Part shown: positions 1 to 9,443 of the stretch, one piece after another
Numbering within the stretch: position 1 is the stretch's first letter
How the letters are laid out: every line of letters starts with the position of its first letter
NCBI GenBank assembly: GCA_038249555.1
Contig: JBBSDJ010000001.1
Span: 5,376 to 69,375, forward strand
DNA from: Caulobacterales bacterium
GTDB taxonomy: Bacteria > Pseudomonadota > Alphaproteobacteria > Caulobacterales > Hyphomonadaceae
Reading direction: 5' to 3'
Length of the DNA: 64,000 nt
The notes under the pieces: model-generated
What the model was told of the DNA's origin: nothing
What the model saw: the letters and a program-made list of their open reading frames with translations, nothing else
Databases searched by the model: none
Translations under genes and position numbers: made by a program

Positions 1-3000
1 GTCCGCAAATCGGACAACGTGCGCGGCGTCATTCGCGGTATCGGTCTCTCCAATGATGGCAAGCGGAAGGGCTTTCTCGCGCCCGATTCCGATGGCCAGG
101 TGGAAGCGATGCGCCGGGCCTACGCCATGTCAGGCATTGATCCCGCGACAATCGGCTATCTCGAATGCCACGCCACGGGAACGCCGGTTGGCGACGCCGT
201 GGAAATCCAATCCGCCGGGGCCGTGTTCGGCACGCAGCGCAAACTCCCCATAGGATCGCTCAAAGCAAATACCGGACACCTGATCACGGTGGCCGGCCTT
301 GCCAGCCTCCTCAAACTCACGGCTTCCCTGGAAGCTGAAGCTCTTGCGCCCACACCACTCGACGGCCCCCTCATCAAGCCTCTCGCAAATACCGGCCTCA
401 CGCCGGTCGCGGAAATACGCCCTTGGTTGCGCGATGGAGACGCGCCGCGCCGCGCTGCCATCAGCAACTTTGGATTCGGCGGCAACAATTCACACCTGAT
501 CCTAGAAGCGCACGAGCCCATACGGGGATACGTCAACGGCCAAGCAGCTATGGCTCCAGTTGCTCCGGACGACATTGTCGTCGTGGGGATCGGCCTTCTC
601 GCAGGTCCGGACCGGGGCGAGCGCAGCGTCATCCGGCGTCTGATGAACTCCCCCGCTACGCCGGTCCGCAAGGCGGACCTCATCGGCGCTGATCCCGCAA
701 AGGCACGCATTCCGCCGACTGACCTTCTTCGCGCTGAGGCTCAGCATCTCGCTATCCTTGATGTGTCGCAGATGGCGCTTGACGGGGTAACCCGCCCTGC
801 CTCTGAAGAATGCGGTGTGTTTGCCGGCATTCGCTGCGCGGATGACTCCGCGCGCTGGCCTATCCGCGAGCGTGTCAAAGCCGAGCTGCTAGCGGCCGGG
901 CGCAACGATATCGATGCGGTTCTCGACGCCATTGCTCCGCCGCTCGTCGCGGCAGATGTTCTCGGCGCCATGGCCAACATGGCGGCCAACCGCATCACGT
1001 CCAGCGAGGACTTCCGGGGCCAGGGCTTTGCAGTCGCGGCTGAGGAGAGTTCCAGCCTCGCGGCCCTGGATATTGCGATCGCCGCGCTGACAGCGGGCAC
1101 ACTTGATTTGGCCATTGTAACGGGCGCGGGAGTTTCGGGCTCGGCATATCCGGAGACCAATGCCGCCGACCACGCGGTCGCCCTCACCCTGAAGCGCAAG
1201 GCGGACGCGGACGCTGCGGGTGACCGGATCTATGGCACACTGGGCGCCGTCGAATGGACCCCCACTTCGATGTCTGCACCCAGCGCCGCGCTGACATCCG
1301 TATACGGCGAAACAGCCGCCACCTCGGGTCTTTTCGAACTCGCCGTCTCTCTCAGCCTCGCAGCCAGGTCGCACACGCTCAATGCCGATGGCGCCGTGGT
1401 ATCGATCGGCGCGTCTCACCCGCCTGTAACCGTTTCCGCAGGCGGCACGCTGTTGGCGCAGAGTGCCAAGGTCACCGTGATACCAGCCGCGCCGCAGATA
1501 TCGCCGGACATGCTTCGCCCGGTGCCGCATCTCTTTTTCTCGGCAGCGGCCTCTCGTGCTGCACTCGCCAACCGTCTCAAGGCCGGCAAATCTGGCGGAA
1601 GCGGGAAGTTGCGCATCGCAGTCCTTGGCAAGGATGCTGGCGACCTTGCGCAAAAATGCGCCGCCGCTGCTGCCGCATTTGAAAACAACGCCGCACCATC
1701 CGCCTCAGGCGTCTGGTACGGCGAAGGCGCACCCGAAGGTGAGCTGGCCTTTGCCTTCACAGGCTCTGCGGCCTCCTATCCCCGCATGGGGCGCGGCCTG
1801 CTGATGGCTTTCCCTGAAGTCGCCGAGGCTCTGGGCAAGTTGCCGAAAGCGCAGGCGATGACACCGCTGCTCGCAAAATCGTCATTGTCCGAATACGAAC
1901 AGCTCTGCGCCGTTTCACTGGTGACGCAGGCCCATGCCATCCTGATGCGCGACGTGCTTGAACTGTCGCCGGACGCGGCCATCGGTCTCTCGCTGGGCGA
2001 GAGCAACGCTCTTTTTGCCTTTGGGTTCTGGAAGGACATGGGCGGCCTGCTCGATGATATCGAAGCGGCGGCGATGTATGAGCGCCACCTGGGTGGCGCG
2101 TTCGAAACCGCCGGTGAAGCGTGGGGCCCCAACGTTCCTGCTGACTGGACGAACTGGCGCGTTCGCGCACCGGTGGCGCGGGTCCGCGAGGCAATATCAG
2201 CCGCGCCGAATGTCGAGATCACGATCATCTATACCGATGATGACCTGATGATCGGCGGCCCCGCCGACGCCTGCCGCGCGCTCTGTCAACGTCTGGGTCC
2301 CGGCACCGGCACATTGATGCATCAGCATCTTGTTGTTCATGCCAACGCCATGAAACCCTTCGAGGACAAATGGCGGGAACTTCACACGCGGCCCGTTTCC
2401 CGCGCCAGCAACGTCCGTCTTTATGCGAACGCCATCAATGCCGCCTACGTGCCCACGAAGGCGCGCGTGGCGGATATGCTGACGCGCCAGGCGGTCACTA
2501 CGGTCGATTTCCCCGCCACTATCCGTCAGGCATGGGAGGACGGTGTACGCACCTTTGTCGAACTCGGCCCACGCGATACGCTCACGCAGAGCATCTCGCA
2601 GATACTCGCCGGGAAAGACCATCTGGCCGTTGCCACAGACAGGGTGGAAAACGCCGAGCTTACACAGGTTGCCGAATTGGCGGCAACGCTTTTTGCGCGG
2701 GGCTATCCAGTACGGATAGACCGTATAGCGGAACGGCTGGATCAAGCCCGCGCCAATCCCTGGCACCATGCCTCTCCTTACAAGGTGTCACGTCCAGCAC
2801 ACCTTCCGCCGCCAGTTTTGCCGACGCGGAAAAACGAGTTTGGCGGACTGCCAAAGGCCCCCGCGCTGCCCCCGCCTCGATATGAAACACAACTTCGCTT
2901 AGGGGCTCCAACAGGCAAGTTCCCCTTCCCGCCGCCGCCCGGCTTCAAGACTCCGAAGGCCCCTCCTCCGGCAGGTGTCCTGTCCGGCCTCACACCGCTC

Positions 3001-5343
3001 GCTCCACGCCACCCGACAGGTAAGGCCTGGGGGCGCGCCGAAGTCGAGGCGTCGGCGCGTGGAGAGATGTCAGCCTTTTTCGGTGACACGTTCCGGGCGC
3101 AGGACCAGTTCATGCGTCAGGTCCGCCTCCCCGCTGCGCCCTTGTTGCTGGTGGACCGGATCACGGGTATCGATGCGGAAGCAGGCGTCGAAGGCGCAGG
3201 CGTGATATGGACCGAAACGGACATCTCCGCCGACGGATGGTACACCCATGACGGACGCGTCCGCCCCGGTCCGCTGATCGAATGCGGACAGGCTGACCTT
3301 ACACTGATCGGCTGGATGGGCGCAGACCTCAAGAACCAGAGCGAACGGGTCTATCGTCTCCTAGGCTGCGAAATCACGTTCCATGAAGGCGGTCTGCCGC
3401 TCGCCGGAGACACGCTCAAGTTCCAGATCGAGATCACCCAGCACGCCACATTTGCCGGGGTGCGGATGTTCTTCTTCCAGTATGATTGCACCGCGAATGG
3501 GCGCCCGGCATTTTCAGTGCGGCAGGGACAAGCCGGCTTCTTCACCGATGGCGAACTCGCTTCTGGCAAAGGTGTCGCGTGGGACGCCGAAACCTCTCCG
3601 CCTCCAACCAGGGATGCCGCCCCAATCGACATTGCCCGGGCTAGCGCGAAACGCGCCTTCAACGAAGCCGATGTGCTCGCATTCCGCTCGGGAGATGCCT
3701 TTGCCTGTTTCGGCAAGGGATTTGAGCTTTGTGCGGCGCAATCCTTCCCCGCGCACCTCCCGGCCGGAAAACTGAACTTCTTCGAGAGCGTCTCGGCGTT
3801 TGATCCAGCCGGCGGCCCGTGGCAACGCGGCTATCTGCGTGCAAATTCACAGGTGCCGACCGACGCCTGGTTCTACGAAGGCCATTTCCACAACGACCCC
3901 TGCATGCCCGGCACGCTGATGGCGGAAGCCGCAGTGCAGGCGCTTGAATTCTATGCCGCAGCCCTCGGCTTGACGCAGGAGCGTGACGGCTATGTTTTCG
4001 AACCGGTGCCGGGCGAAACGGCAAAGTTCGTCTGCCGGGGGCAGGTGGTCCCCGACAAGGCCCACGACATCACCTATGAAGTCTTCATCGACGAAGTGAT
4101 CCTCGGCGAAACGCCGCGCATCTTCGCCTCGCTGCTCGCGCGTTCGGATGGACGCAAGGTTTTCTACTGCCCGCGCTTCGGCATTCAGCTGCGCCGCAAA
4201 TGGCCGGCGCCGCGCATTTCTGCCGCGCCGATCCAGGTCGGCCCGCGGCGCGAAAGCCGGGGCGATCAGGAAGCCCTGCTGGACTGCGCCAACGGTCCGC
4301 CCTCTGCGGCATTCGGCGCGATGTATGACCGCTTCGACATCGGCGGCCGCGTGCCTCGCCTGCCCCAGCCGCCCTATCATGTCATGTCGCGCGTTACGGA
4401 CGTTTCCACCCGCCCCGGCGTGCAAGAAAACGGCGCCCGCATCGCCGCCGAGTACGATATCCCTCCGGATGCCTGGTACTTTGCCGACAACCGATCCGGC
4501 TCCATGCCGTTCGCCGTCCTCAACGAAATCATACTGCAGCCCTGCGGATGGCTAGCCAGCCATTGCGGCTTCGCGCTTGAAGGCGGCGACCGTTTCCGCA
4601 ACCTCGAAGGCGACGGGAAGATCCACCGAATGATCGGGCCGCAGGACGGAACCATCTGTGTCCAGACGACCCTGACAAGCTTCTCGAAAGTCGGACCGAT
4701 GACCATCGTCGCGTTCGATGTTTCTGCACGTCTCAAGACAGGCGAGCCGGTCATGGACCTCAATACGCGGTTTGGATTCTTCCCATCCGCCGCTCTTGTG
4801 CGCCAGGCAGGTCTGCCAATCACCGAAACGGATCGTGGCTATCTTGCCCTTCCCTCTTCGCCGAAGGACATTTCAACCGAAGACACCCGCCTCGCTACCG
4901 GCCAACTCCGCATGCTCGACCGGGCGGATTACTTTGACCCCACTGGTGGCTCCGCAAGCCTCGGCCTCATCCGCGGCCGCCAGGCGGTTGATCCATCCGC
5001 CTGGTACTTCAAGGCGCACTTCTTCAATGATCCTGTACAACCCGGGTCGCTCGGCCTTGATGCGCTCGAACAACTCCTGATGCGCGCGGTATTGCTGAAA
5101 GTCCCGGCGGCGGAGCTGAATGGCATGATCGCCGAGACGCCCGCCATCGGTGAGCGCGTGAAGTGGTCCTATCGCGGACAGGTCATGCCGGAAAAGCGGG
5201 AGGTGACGACCGTGATCGAACTGTTGAGCCTCGACAAAACGGCCAACCGGGTCTTGGCGGTCGCGAGAGGTTCACTGTGGTGCGATGGCCTGCGGATCTA
5301 CGAATGCAACCCGCTGTCGATTGCCTTCCGAAAGCCGGACTAG
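1..5343 (+). CDS. Pfa/PUFA-synthase-like iterative PKS/FAS subunit (PfaBC/Pfa3-like: KS, degenerate KS/CLF, AT, FabA-like DH and pseudo-DH folds); 5'-truncated by window edge
   Basis: Frame is open from base 1. KS motifs ECHATGT and GSLKANTGH, NFGFGGNN; second KS-like region with AEESSS; AT AFTGSAASY..GLSLGE..FVELGP; FabA-like GHFHNDPCMPG and AHFFNDPVQPG. Confidence 0.85.
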   Translation, partial: VRKSDNVRGVIRGIGLSNDGKRKGFLAPDSDGQVEAMRRAYAMSGIDPATIGYLECHATGTPVGDAVEIQSAGAVFGTQRKLPIGSLKANTGHLITVAGLASLLKLTASLEAEALAPTPLDGPLIKPLANTGLTPVAEIRPWLRDGDAPRRAAISNFGFGGNNSHLILEAHEPIRGYVNGQAAMAPVAPDDIVVVGIGLLAGPDRGERSVIRRLMNSPATPVRKADLIGADPAKARIPPTDLLRAEAQHLAILDVSQMALDGVTRPASEECGVFAGIRCADDSARWPIRERVKAELLAAGRNDIDAVLDAIAPPLVAADVLGAMANMAANRITSSEDFRGQGFAVAAEESSSLAALDIAIAALTAGTLDLAIVTGAGVSGSAYPETNAADHAVALTLKRKADADAAGDRIYGTLGAVEWTPTSMSAPSAALTSVYGETAATSGLFELAVSLSLAARSHTLNADGAVVSIGASHPPVTVSAGGTLLAQSAKVTVIPAAPQISPDMLRPVPHLFFSAAASRAALANRLKAGKSGGSGKLRIAVLGKDAGDLAQKCAAAAAAFENNAAPSASGVWYGEGAPEGELAFAFTGSAASYPRMGRGLLMAFPEVAEALGKLPKAQAMTPLLAKSSLSEYEQLCAVSLVTQAHAILMRDVLELSPDAAIGLSLGESNALFAFGFWKDMGGLLDDIEAAAMYERHLGGAFETAGEAWGPNVPADWTNWRVRAPVARVREAISAAPNVEITIIYTDDDLMIGGPADACRALCQRLGPGTGTLMHQHLVVHANAMKPFEDKWRELHTRPVSRASNVRLYANAINAAYVPTKARVADMLTRQAVTTVDFPATIRQAWEDGVRTFVELGPRDTLTQSISQILAGKDHLAVATDRVENAELTQVAELAATLFARGYPVRIDRIAERLDQARANPWHHASPYKVSRPAHLPPPVLPTRKNEFGGLPKAPALPPPRYETQLRLGAPTGKFPFPPPPGFKTPKAPPPAGVLSGLTPLAPRHPTGKAWGRAEVEASARGEMSAFFGDTFRAQDQFMRQVRLPAAPLLLVDRITGIDAEAGVEGAGVIWTETDISADGWYTHDGRVRPGPLIECGQADLTLIGWMGADLKNQSERVYRLLGCEITFHEGGLPLAGDTLKFQIEITQHATFAGVRMFFFQYDCTANGRPAFSVRQGQAGFFTDGELASGKGVAWDAETSPPPTRDAAPIDIARASAKRAFNEADVLAFRSGDAFACFGKGFELCAAQSFPAHLPAGKLNFFESVSAFDPAGGPWQRGYLRANSQVPTDAWFYEGHFHNDPCMPGTLMAEAAVQALEFYAAALGLTQERDGYVFEPVPGETAKFVCRGQVVPDKAHDITYEVFIDEVILGETPRIFASLLARSDGRKVFYCPRFGIQLRRKWPAPRISAAPIQVGPRRESRGDQEALLDCANGPPSAAFGAMYDRFDIGGRVPRLPQPPYHVMSRVTDVSTRPGVQENGARIAAEYDIPPDAWYFADNRSGSMPFAVLNEIILQPCGWLASHCGFALEGGDRFRNLEGDGKIHRMIGPQDGTICVQTTLTSFSKVGPMTIVAFDVSARLKTGEPVMDLNTRFGFFPSAALVRQAGLPITETDRGYLALPSSPKDISTEDTRLATGQLRMLDRADYFDPTGGSASLGLIRGRQAVDPSAWYFKAHFFNDPVQPGSLGLDALEQLLMRAVLLKVPAAELNGMIAETPAIGERVKWSYRGQVMPEKREVTTVIELLSLDKTANRVLAVARGSLWCDGLRIYECNPLSIAFRKPD

Positions 5344-6041
5344 ACCCGTTTCTTTACGAGACTGACAATCGTGTCGCCGGCATCTGCTGTCCAGAAGTCA
5401 AACGTGCCGCCGAATGCCTGGAGCGTGCCCGCGCCGGGCGACAGTAATAGTTCCCAAGGGGTTTCAACCGCTTTGGGGCCCGCGCGAAACCCGCGACCCG
5501 TGGATTTGAGAACCGCCTCTTTCAGTGTCCACATCCGGAAAAATGCCTTGAGCTTTGACGCCGGGTCGCCAGGCGCCCCCTCGAATTCCGCGCGTTCCGC
5601 GTTGCTGCACATCATCGACAGCGCCGGCCTCCAATCCATCTCGCGAACAATTTCAATGTCCACACCGATTTCCGCGGACGTCTCGGCAAGCGCGACGACC
5701 GTATAGGCATCCTTGTTTGCCAGTGACATGGCCCAGCCCGTTGGTCGCAGCAGCAAGGGCGCGCCATCTGCCGCCGATATCATCTCGACTTCTTCCGCCG
5801 AGCCACCGGCCATCTCAGCGATCAACCGCCGGCGCAGCGCGAACGATCCCGCTATCTCGGCCTGTCGCCGCGGCGATTTCATGCGCCCAAGCCGCTCTGC
5901 CTCAAGCGCGGTGAACGCCACGTCTGTGCAGGGGTCGCTCAGAGGCCAAGCCCCCATCCGGCAGAGCGGATGCCCTGACGGACCCGCCTGGGCGAACGGA
6001 TCGATCACATTGATGATTTGAGAGTTCCCGTCTTTGTGCAT
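5340..6041 (-). CDS. Sfp-type 4'-phosphopantetheinyl transferase (PfaE-like)
   Basis: IGVDIE and FFRMWTLKEAVLKSTGRG motifs; adjacent to the PKS; start uncertain. Confidence 0.88.
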   Translation of the reverse strand: MHKDGNSQIINVIDPFAQAGPSGHPLCRMGAWPLSDPCTDVAFTALEAERLGRMKSPRRQAEIAGSFALRRRLIAEMAGGSAEEVEMISAADGAPLLLRPTGWAMSLANKDAYTVVALAETSAEIGVDIEIVREMDWRPALSMMCSNAERAEFEGAPGDPASKLKAFFRMWTLKEAVLKSTGRGFRAGPKAVETPWELLLSPGAGTLQAFGGTFDFWTADAGDTIVSLVKKRV

Positions 6042-6453
6042 GTGCCTGAGTGTGGAGGCCGATCACCTTGATCCGCAACACCAAACAGGTGGCACAAATG
6101 CTGAAGCACGAAATTGTCCATAACTACTCGCGCATCAAGCGAATACGCCTGTCCAATACAATGTTGGAGGAACGGACATCTTGCTCCGGGAAGTTCTTCT
6201 TCGCGCAGTCCATTTCTCTGCTGTTTCCACGCGTTCAAATCGACAGCGCAAGCCAACGCAAGGAAATTAAATGGAAAAATGAGCTGGTCCGCTCTAAAGC
6301 GCATCCGGGATTCGCGACAAATGCGGGCAGCACAAGTTGAGTCGACAACCGGTTGGGGCGAAGTATTGCTGCGCTGGTTCTATTATGGCTTTACTTTATC
6401 CGGGGAACGAGGCGTCCCTCGTGGTCGTGCCGGCGCCTTCAAGGGAAATTGAA

Positions 6454-7632
6454 ATGAGTCTGCGTTCGGAAGTGTCTGCGGAGAAGGTGACGCACAGCGT
6501 TCGCCGATTCCGGACCGCTTCCGGCGACGGGCTGCCATTTTTCCCTTACGGCCTGCTGCCCCTGATCGGCTTCATTCTTCTGACGCTCACCGCCTGGAGC
6601 GGCTTCGCGCATCACAGCATCGAGAACGTGGTTCGACGGACAGCTGAACAAGCGATCCGTGACACCGGCGCAGAGTGGGCAAACGTAGACGTCTCCGGTC
6701 AGTGGGTGACGGTTGCCGGTGAGCCTCCCACGCCCGAAGCCGGCGAGCGGCTGCTCAATTCCATCCGCACCGCACGCGCGCCCACATGGCTCGGCCTCGC
6801 CCGGCCCGCAACCAAAGTCACGGGCAACTTCGGCGCACGTTCTGTCCGGCCGGATCAGGCGTCCGGCTCAACGCCGCTTCTCTCCGCCGATTCCGACACA
6901 CCGGAATACCTGTTCAGGCTTTCCGGCGCCAAGCTGACCCTGGATGGCCGCGTGCCGGACATTGCAACGCGTGACGCGGTCATCGAGGCCGCCAACACGA
7001 ACCGCCCACCGCGCATTGAACTCGTTGAAAGCAATCTCGACACGATTGGCATTGCGCCACCAGAAGGATTTCGTGAGGTGGCCTTGCGGGGCGTCGAGAC
7101 GCTCAAGCTCTGCAACTCCGGAACCGCGAGCCTGACAGCACTCCATTTTGACCTGCGATGCGAGCTTCCCGAAAGCGAAGCGGAGCGCGTGCGCACGCTT
7201 GCCAACGCGCCGCTCGCCTATGGTTCAGTCGGGGAAATCCAGATCCTCGTGCAGGAAGTTGTCGAAACCTGCGAGGAAGAACTCGCGCGCCTGTTGGAAG
7301 CCTCCCGCATCGAATTCGATCCCGGCAGCGACCGCATCGCGAGTTCAAAGGCTGCACTGCTCGATCTGACCGCCCGTGCCGCCGCCGATTGCCCCGGCAC
7401 CCTGCGCGTTGAGGGGCATACGGACAATACCGGCAGCGCCGGCATAAACGAAAGTCTCAGCCGCCGCCGCGCCGAAGCGGTGCGCGCAGCGCTGATCCAA
7501 CGCGGCGTGGCGCCTGCCCGCATTATCGCCGCCGGATATGGCTCGGCGCAGCCGCTAGGCGACAACGCGACCGAGGATGGCCGCGCCATGAACCGCCGGA
7601 TCGAAATCCGCATCGTGAGGGCTGACGAATGA
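6454..7632 (+). CDS. Membrane protein with BON-like domains and C-terminal OmpA-like peptidoglycan-binding domain
   Basis: N-terminal TM (GLLPLIGFILLTLTAW); BON-like VTVAGE.PT and LTLDGRVPD; OmpA VEGHTDNTG..NESLSRRRAEAV..GYGSAQP..NRRIEI; ATG 6454 after AAGGGAAA. Confidence 0.85.
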   Translation: MSLRSEVSAEKVTHSVRRFRTASGDGLPFFPYGLLPLIGFILLTLTAWSGFAHHSIENVVRRTAEQAIRDTGAEWANVDVSGQWVTVAGEPPTPEAGERLLNSIRTARAPTWLGLARPATKVTGNFGARSVRPDQASGSTPLLSADSDTPEYLFRLSGAKLTLDGRVPDIATRDAVIEAANTNRPPRIELVESNLDTIGIAPPEGFREVALRGVETLKLCNSGTASLTALHFDLRCELPESEAERVRTLANAPLAYGSVGEIQILVQEVVETCEEELARLLEASRIEFDPGSDRIASSKAALLDLTARAAADCPGTLRVEGHTDNTGSAGINESLSRRRAEAVRAALIQRGVAPARIIAAGYGSAQPLGDNATEDGRAMNRRIEIRIVRADE

Positions 7633-7681
7633 TGGCCTCTCGAACCAACGCTCTCACAATTTCCGCATCCGGAGCCTGACC

Positions 7682-9367
7682 ATGGCTTTTCTTCTTTTCA
7701 AGATCTTCTTTCTGCTCTGCCTCGCGGCGCTCATGGGCGCAGCGTTTGCCTGGTGGTGGATGCGCCGCAAGTTTGTGGACGTGACGGTGTCGCATTCGGA
7801 ACTGAACCGCCAGGTCGATGCCTTCCTGGCGCAGGGCAAAGCACTGACGCGCGAGGATGTCGAGTATTCGCTGAAGATGGCACTGGCCAGCTATCGTCCG
7901 CCCCAGCCCGATTTCATGCCGGTCGAACAGAAGTTGCTGGACCTCGAGCGCGCCGTCTCGGCGCCGGACCAGAATGTGGCCGCCCTGCAGGAACGCCTCG
8001 GCGGCGTTGAGCAATCCGTGTCCGCCATTTCTGCGGCCATCGCATCGATGCGCTCTGTGCATCTCGAAGCCATTGACCAGCACCTGCGCGGCGTCTCTGC
8101 CCGCATCGACAACCTTCGCATGCCGGACATCGACGGCGTCAATACGCGCCTCACGGCGCTAACGACGCACGTCAGCGATTCCCGTTTGCCGGACCTTCGT
8201 GCCGCAATCGAACCGCGGCTGGAGCGCCTTGAGCAATTGATCTCCGGAATCAAGTTGCCCGTAGCGGATCTGGGACCGGTTCATAGCGGGATGGCAGCGA
8301 TTCAGGTTGCGATCGAGAACCTGGAACTGCCGGAACCAAATCTGGCGCCGCTGCAAACCCGGATCGAAGAACTCTCGGTCCGTCCGGAGCTCCAGCGCCT
8401 GTCGAGTGAAATCGATGCGCTCGCAGTGGCAGCGAAGGCCCGCGAACCAGATCTTGATGTCGTGCTCCAGCGCGTCAGCGCGCTCGAAATGGCGGTGCGC
8501 GAAGTTCAAATACCCGAGCCGGATCTTGCGCCCATCGTCGAACGCCTTGCACTTCTCGAAGCGCGCCTCGCCGCGGGCCCCTCTTCCGAAACGCTGATTG
8601 GCACGCTTGCCGGTATCGAGAGCGACCTTGACGTGCTGTCACGCCGCCCTGTCGATCTGGAGCCCGTCTACAGCCAGCTCGGCGCGCTGGATGCCTCGCT
8701 GGCCGCGATCCGCACAGAGCTGCGCGGCCAGAACCGCACTGAGTCACTCGAACGCCGCCTCGCTGCTCTGCAGGAGGCGGTCCTCAATACTCCGCAGCCG
8801 GATTATACCCGTATCGACCTTGCCCTTCGCTCTATCGAGTCGACGTTCGATCTGGGTGCGCTGGAAGACCGGCTGACAGCTATCGAATATGGCCTCACGG
8901 CAGTTCACCACATGCTGCGCAATCGCGGGGAAGCGCCCCGCGCTGAGCCGGAAGTACGCCTTCGCGCAGAGACACCGGCCCCCTTTGAACCCCGCCCGGT
9001 GCCGCGCCCGGCGCGCATCGTGCCGGTCCCGCCGCCGGAGCCGCCGCCGCGTCCGGTCCGGCGTCTTGATCCGATCACAAAGGCCCGCCGCGTGGACGAC
9101 GAAGCCAACCTTCTGACCCACGCCGCCTTCGGAACCAGTGATGATCTGGAACTGATCGTCGGCGTCGGCCCGATGCTCACCGAACTGCTGCACGAAATCG
9201 GCGTGTTCTATTTCTGGCAGATCGCCGAATGGAGCAGCGCCGATGTCGAGTACGTCGATGGAAAACTGCTCCACTTCAAAGGCCGGATCGAGCGGGATGA
9301 CTGGGTGGGCCAGTCCCGCCAGCTTGCCTTGCTGCCGACGTCGGCAAAGCGACCTGAGGCCGAGTAA
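7682..9367 (+). CDS. Membrane-anchored helical-repeat/coiled-coil protein with C-terminal helix-hairpin-helix-like domain (NuoE C-terminal-like)
   Basis: Hydrophobic N-terminus; repeated PxPDLxP..RL..LE helices; Pro-rich linker; C-terminal DDLELIVGVGP..LHEIGVFYFWQIAEW..GRIERDDWVGQ. Confidence 0.75.
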   Translation: MAFLLFKIFFLLCLAALMGAAFAWWWMRRKFVDVTVSHSELNRQVDAFLAQGKALTREDVEYSLKMALASYRPPQPDFMPVEQKLLDLERAVSAPDQNVAALQERLGGVEQSVSAISAAIASMRSVHLEAIDQHLRGVSARIDNLRMPDIDGVNTRLTALTTHVSDSRLPDLRAAIEPRLERLEQLISGIKLPVADLGPVHSGMAAIQVAIENLELPEPNLAPLQTRIEELSVRPELQRLSSEIDALAVAAKAREPDLDVVLQRVSALEMAVREVQIPEPDLAPIVERLALLEARLAAGPSSETLIGTLAGIESDLDVLSRRPVDLEPVYSQLGALDASLAAIRTELRGQNRTESLERRLAALQEAVLNTPQPDYTRIDLALRSIESTFDLGALEDRLTAIEYGLTAVHHMLRNRGEAPRAEPEVRLRAETPAPFEPRPVPRPARIVPVPPPEPPPRPVRRLDPITKARRVDDEANLLTHAAFGTSDDLELIVGVGPMLTELLHEIGVFYFWQIAEWSSADVEYVDGKLLHFKGRIERDDWVGQSRQLALLPTSAKRPEAE

Positions 9368-9443
9368 AGCTGCCGCCGCGATAAGTCTTGGCATTTCGGG
9401 CTGAGCGCGCCACACCCTTCCTGAAAAAACAGGAGGAGCGCGC

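Noticed and set aside
6005-6452. Small ORFs (96-112 aa) in the PPTase/OmpA gap, including a GARCPF heme-regulatory-like motif
   Set aside because: They overlap each other on both strands, with no convincing RBS, codon bias or family motif; not called as genes.
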